64,000 nucleotides of DNA, from positions 868,001-932,000 of the forward strand of contig JBLDXI010000034.1 of the NCBI GenBank assembly GCA_047495785.1, given 5' to 3'. Numbering within the stretch: the first letter of the stretch is position 1; each line of letters opens with the position of its first letter. The notes under the pieces were generated by a model. The model did not search any database and had not been told where the DNA came from. It was given only the letters and a program-made list of their open reading frames with translations. The position numbers were made by a program, and so were the translations under genes. Shown here one piece after another: positions 61,523 to 64,000 of this stretch. Origin of the DNA: Lepidodermella squamata. Its lineage: Eukaryota > Animalia > Gastrotricha.

Positions 61523-63181
61523 ATGATTTTAAGGCAAGCTGTATTTCTCCTAATTTTGGAAGCGTGCCAAGTTTTTGGTGGCAACTCATCGAACAGCAGC
61601 AGCAAAAATGAACCCGATGAAGTTGTTTCTTACATAGCCGAGCTGCAAAAGGAATATATTGACAAATGGTGCCCTCAAATTGAAACCCTAAGTCTACCGA
61701 GTGAAACCATGATTAAGGCAAATTTCACGCGCCAGTTCAAAGTGAAAGCATGGATATACATATTTCGCTTCATCGAAATCAGCGATTTGGAAAAACGTCT
61801 ATCCCTATTCCTTTACTTCACCTTCCGATGGAGTTACCCATGCCCGGTAGCTGAGTGTAAGGATGTTGTGCCTAATTCTCCAATTTGTACCCTAACGAAA
61901 AGGAGGATAGACGATATTTACTTCTTGATGACAACTGAAAGTGTGTGGCATCCTTACTTGTCTCACCTAAACGCTTTTCAAAATCCAAGACCCTTCGAGG
62001 ACGGGACAAATGGCGATATGGCTTTTATTTATCCGTTCAGTAACGAAGGTCCCTACGCAATCGCGTCATACTCAAGGCGCATCGACACGTCTTGCACGTC
62101 GTTCTCATTTCAAAAATTCCCGTTCGACTCACTGAAATGTTCGATTGTAATGGAACCCGATGAAGGTGTCGATTACGTCAATATGGATATCAAATTTTTC
62201 GGCGTGGATACATCGGCCGGCGATAGCCTTATGAGTGATACTGATGTATGGGAACTCGCTTATCCCGATGACTTGGGTAGAACCTTCACTTGGGAAGTCG
62301 TCAATGTTACAGAATCTGCGGATGTGATATCAAGAATGGTTCTAACGTGTAGATTTCATCGAAAGTACAACTACTACATAGCTAATATGATGATACCGAC
62401 CTATGCAACTTTCGTCCTTCAAGTTGCGTGCTTGGTTCTTCCGCCAATTCTCTCAGACAGGTAAACTAATTCTTTTGAAACTTTCCCTTCACCTTTGCTG
62501 CTCACCAATTTTTCTAAAATATTTCTACGGTTTTCTAAATTTTTTCTAAACTTTCTGAAATTCAGGAAAATTCAGGAAAATTGAGAATAATTCAGGAAAA
62601 AATCCGAAAATTTTTAAATATTTCAGGAAAAATCAACATAAACCAGAAAAATTTATAATAAATTCAGATAAATTTAGAAAAAAATTAGAAAAATATAGAA
62701 AAATTCTGGAAAACTTGGGGAAATCGGACCATAGTTTTTACAATTATTGCGATTTTCTGAACGTTCCCACTATTTTTCATAATTTTCTCTAAATTATCTG
62801 TATTTCTAGCAGTATGTTGGACATTTTTTAATTATACTTCCACGCTTTTTTAGACCCGCCTTTGCTATGGCGGCAGTTCTAGCGAATTCCGTGCTACTGA
62901 CCCTGGTTTTCGACAGCATTCCTCGAACTTCCGAACTGGTTTACTTCGTCGTGATGACCATCATAAAATTCGTAACCGGCCTAGCTATAACGGTATACAC
63001 GCTCGTTACAGCAGCTCTAGCTGTCCACTACAGAAAGTCAACTTTCCAACTCGCTAAATACTCAATTCGTGTTCTTCGCTTCTCCGATGTTTTAGCTGCC
63101 TCGGTGACTAGTCTTATCGTGATTATTGCTGATATAGTTTTATTTGCTAACATGCTGTCTACGCCTGACTATGAAATTTGA
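61523..63181 (+). CDS. pLGIC subunit (subfamily B), intact
   Basis: Exons 61523-62460 and 62854-63181. Signal peptide; CTSFSFQKFPFDSLKC; M1-M4. Confidence 0.9.
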
Positions 63182-63191
63182 AATGAAAACA

Positions 63192-63951
63192 TCACGCAAG
63201 TACTGGGTAAACACCGTTGGTAGCTATGCCACACATGTTGTTTGCATTTCGCAGCAGTTTCATATAGCCATTCTCACCCCACCAAGTTCCCCAGCTGTTT
63301 TTCAGCAGCCAATATGGTTTCCTAGTCACTAGATCATTGCCGTAGCCGATCAATAACATCGCATGGGTAAGGGTCGTACTTTCACATAGGACCTCAGAGT
63401 AAACTCCAGACGAGTAGTATAGGAATGACGTAGGGCGGCCATCAACAGCTACAGCAACCGGTCCACTCTGCAAGGCCTCTAATAAGGCAGTCTCATTGCC
63501 GTAATCCACCTCAATAAACGGCTCATCTTTCGATAATGGGCCATATTTCGTAACCCGGTTAAAGTTACATTGATCATTCGTTTTCCCGATGAAAGGATAC
63601 TGAGTTAACGAGTTGATCCCTCCATTCAGTTGAATGTATCGATAGGACGCAGCGATATCCCCACCGGCACATCCTAAATTGCCTTGATTCGAACTGCAAT
63701 CGATTAGGTTTTGCATTGATAACTCGACCATTCGACGATTCTTGAGGTACAGCCGGCTCTCCAGAGCTCCAACCGCGGCGAAGGAGTAGCAGGCCCCGCA
63801 AGATTTCTGGTCCTTAACTGGGGAAACAGCTCCTCTAGTTCTCCAATCTAGCTCGCGAGGGTAATTCGATGCCTTCTGAGCTCCAGATGCTCCGCTAGGT
63901 CCTTTTGTCACCTCTGTATTCGGTAATTTCGACCCAGAGGTTCCAGATTTA
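63192..63951 (-). CDS. Cathepsin L-like papain-family (C1A) cysteine protease, last exon; the 5' exons lie beyond the window
   Basis: LDWR..GAVSPVKDQKSCGACYSF, HAMLLIGYG and YWLLKNSWG. The exon begins at 63951 after the acceptor TTTTCTAG. Confidence 0.95.
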
Positions 63952-64000
63952 CTAGAAAATCGGAAATATTGAGATTTTAAGGTGGGGTTTTGATTCCCTT

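Overview
This is eukaryotic (invertebrate animal) genomic DNA, gene-dense with GT-AG introns that are either short (~50-80 bp) or very AT-rich. I saw no prokaryotic features, rRNA, tRNA or CRISPR arrays. The window is a cluster of lineage-expanded surface and secreted protein genes. (1) Six divergent pentameric ligand-gated ion channel (pLGIC) loci in two subfamilies; one is an 8-exon gene fusing two L-type-lectin-like beta-sandwich domains and a Thr/Ser stalk onto a Cys-loop channel. (2) A gustatory-receptor-like 7TM channel, a class A GPCR and an intronless GABA-B-like class C GPCR. (3) Four STELLO/DUF288-like glycosyltransferase genes, three fused to a degenerate sulfotransferase domain and one a pseudogene. 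(4) A pseudokinase-ankyrin gene and a pseudogene paralogue, a membrane U-box/RING protein and a cathepsin L-like gene. (5) A tandem family of small secreted peptides with a conserved promoter and signal peptide, a hypervariable mature region and a C-x13-C motif. (6) An 8-Cys pro-peptide and a PAN/apple mini-protein. Mobile DNA includes a complete 8.2-kb CACTA/EnSpm-type (CMC) transposon inserted in a pLGIC exon, several MITEs (hAT-like where a TSD is visible) and a ~650-bp higher-order tandem repeat. Exon models and family assignments were made by eye from motifs, without database searches.
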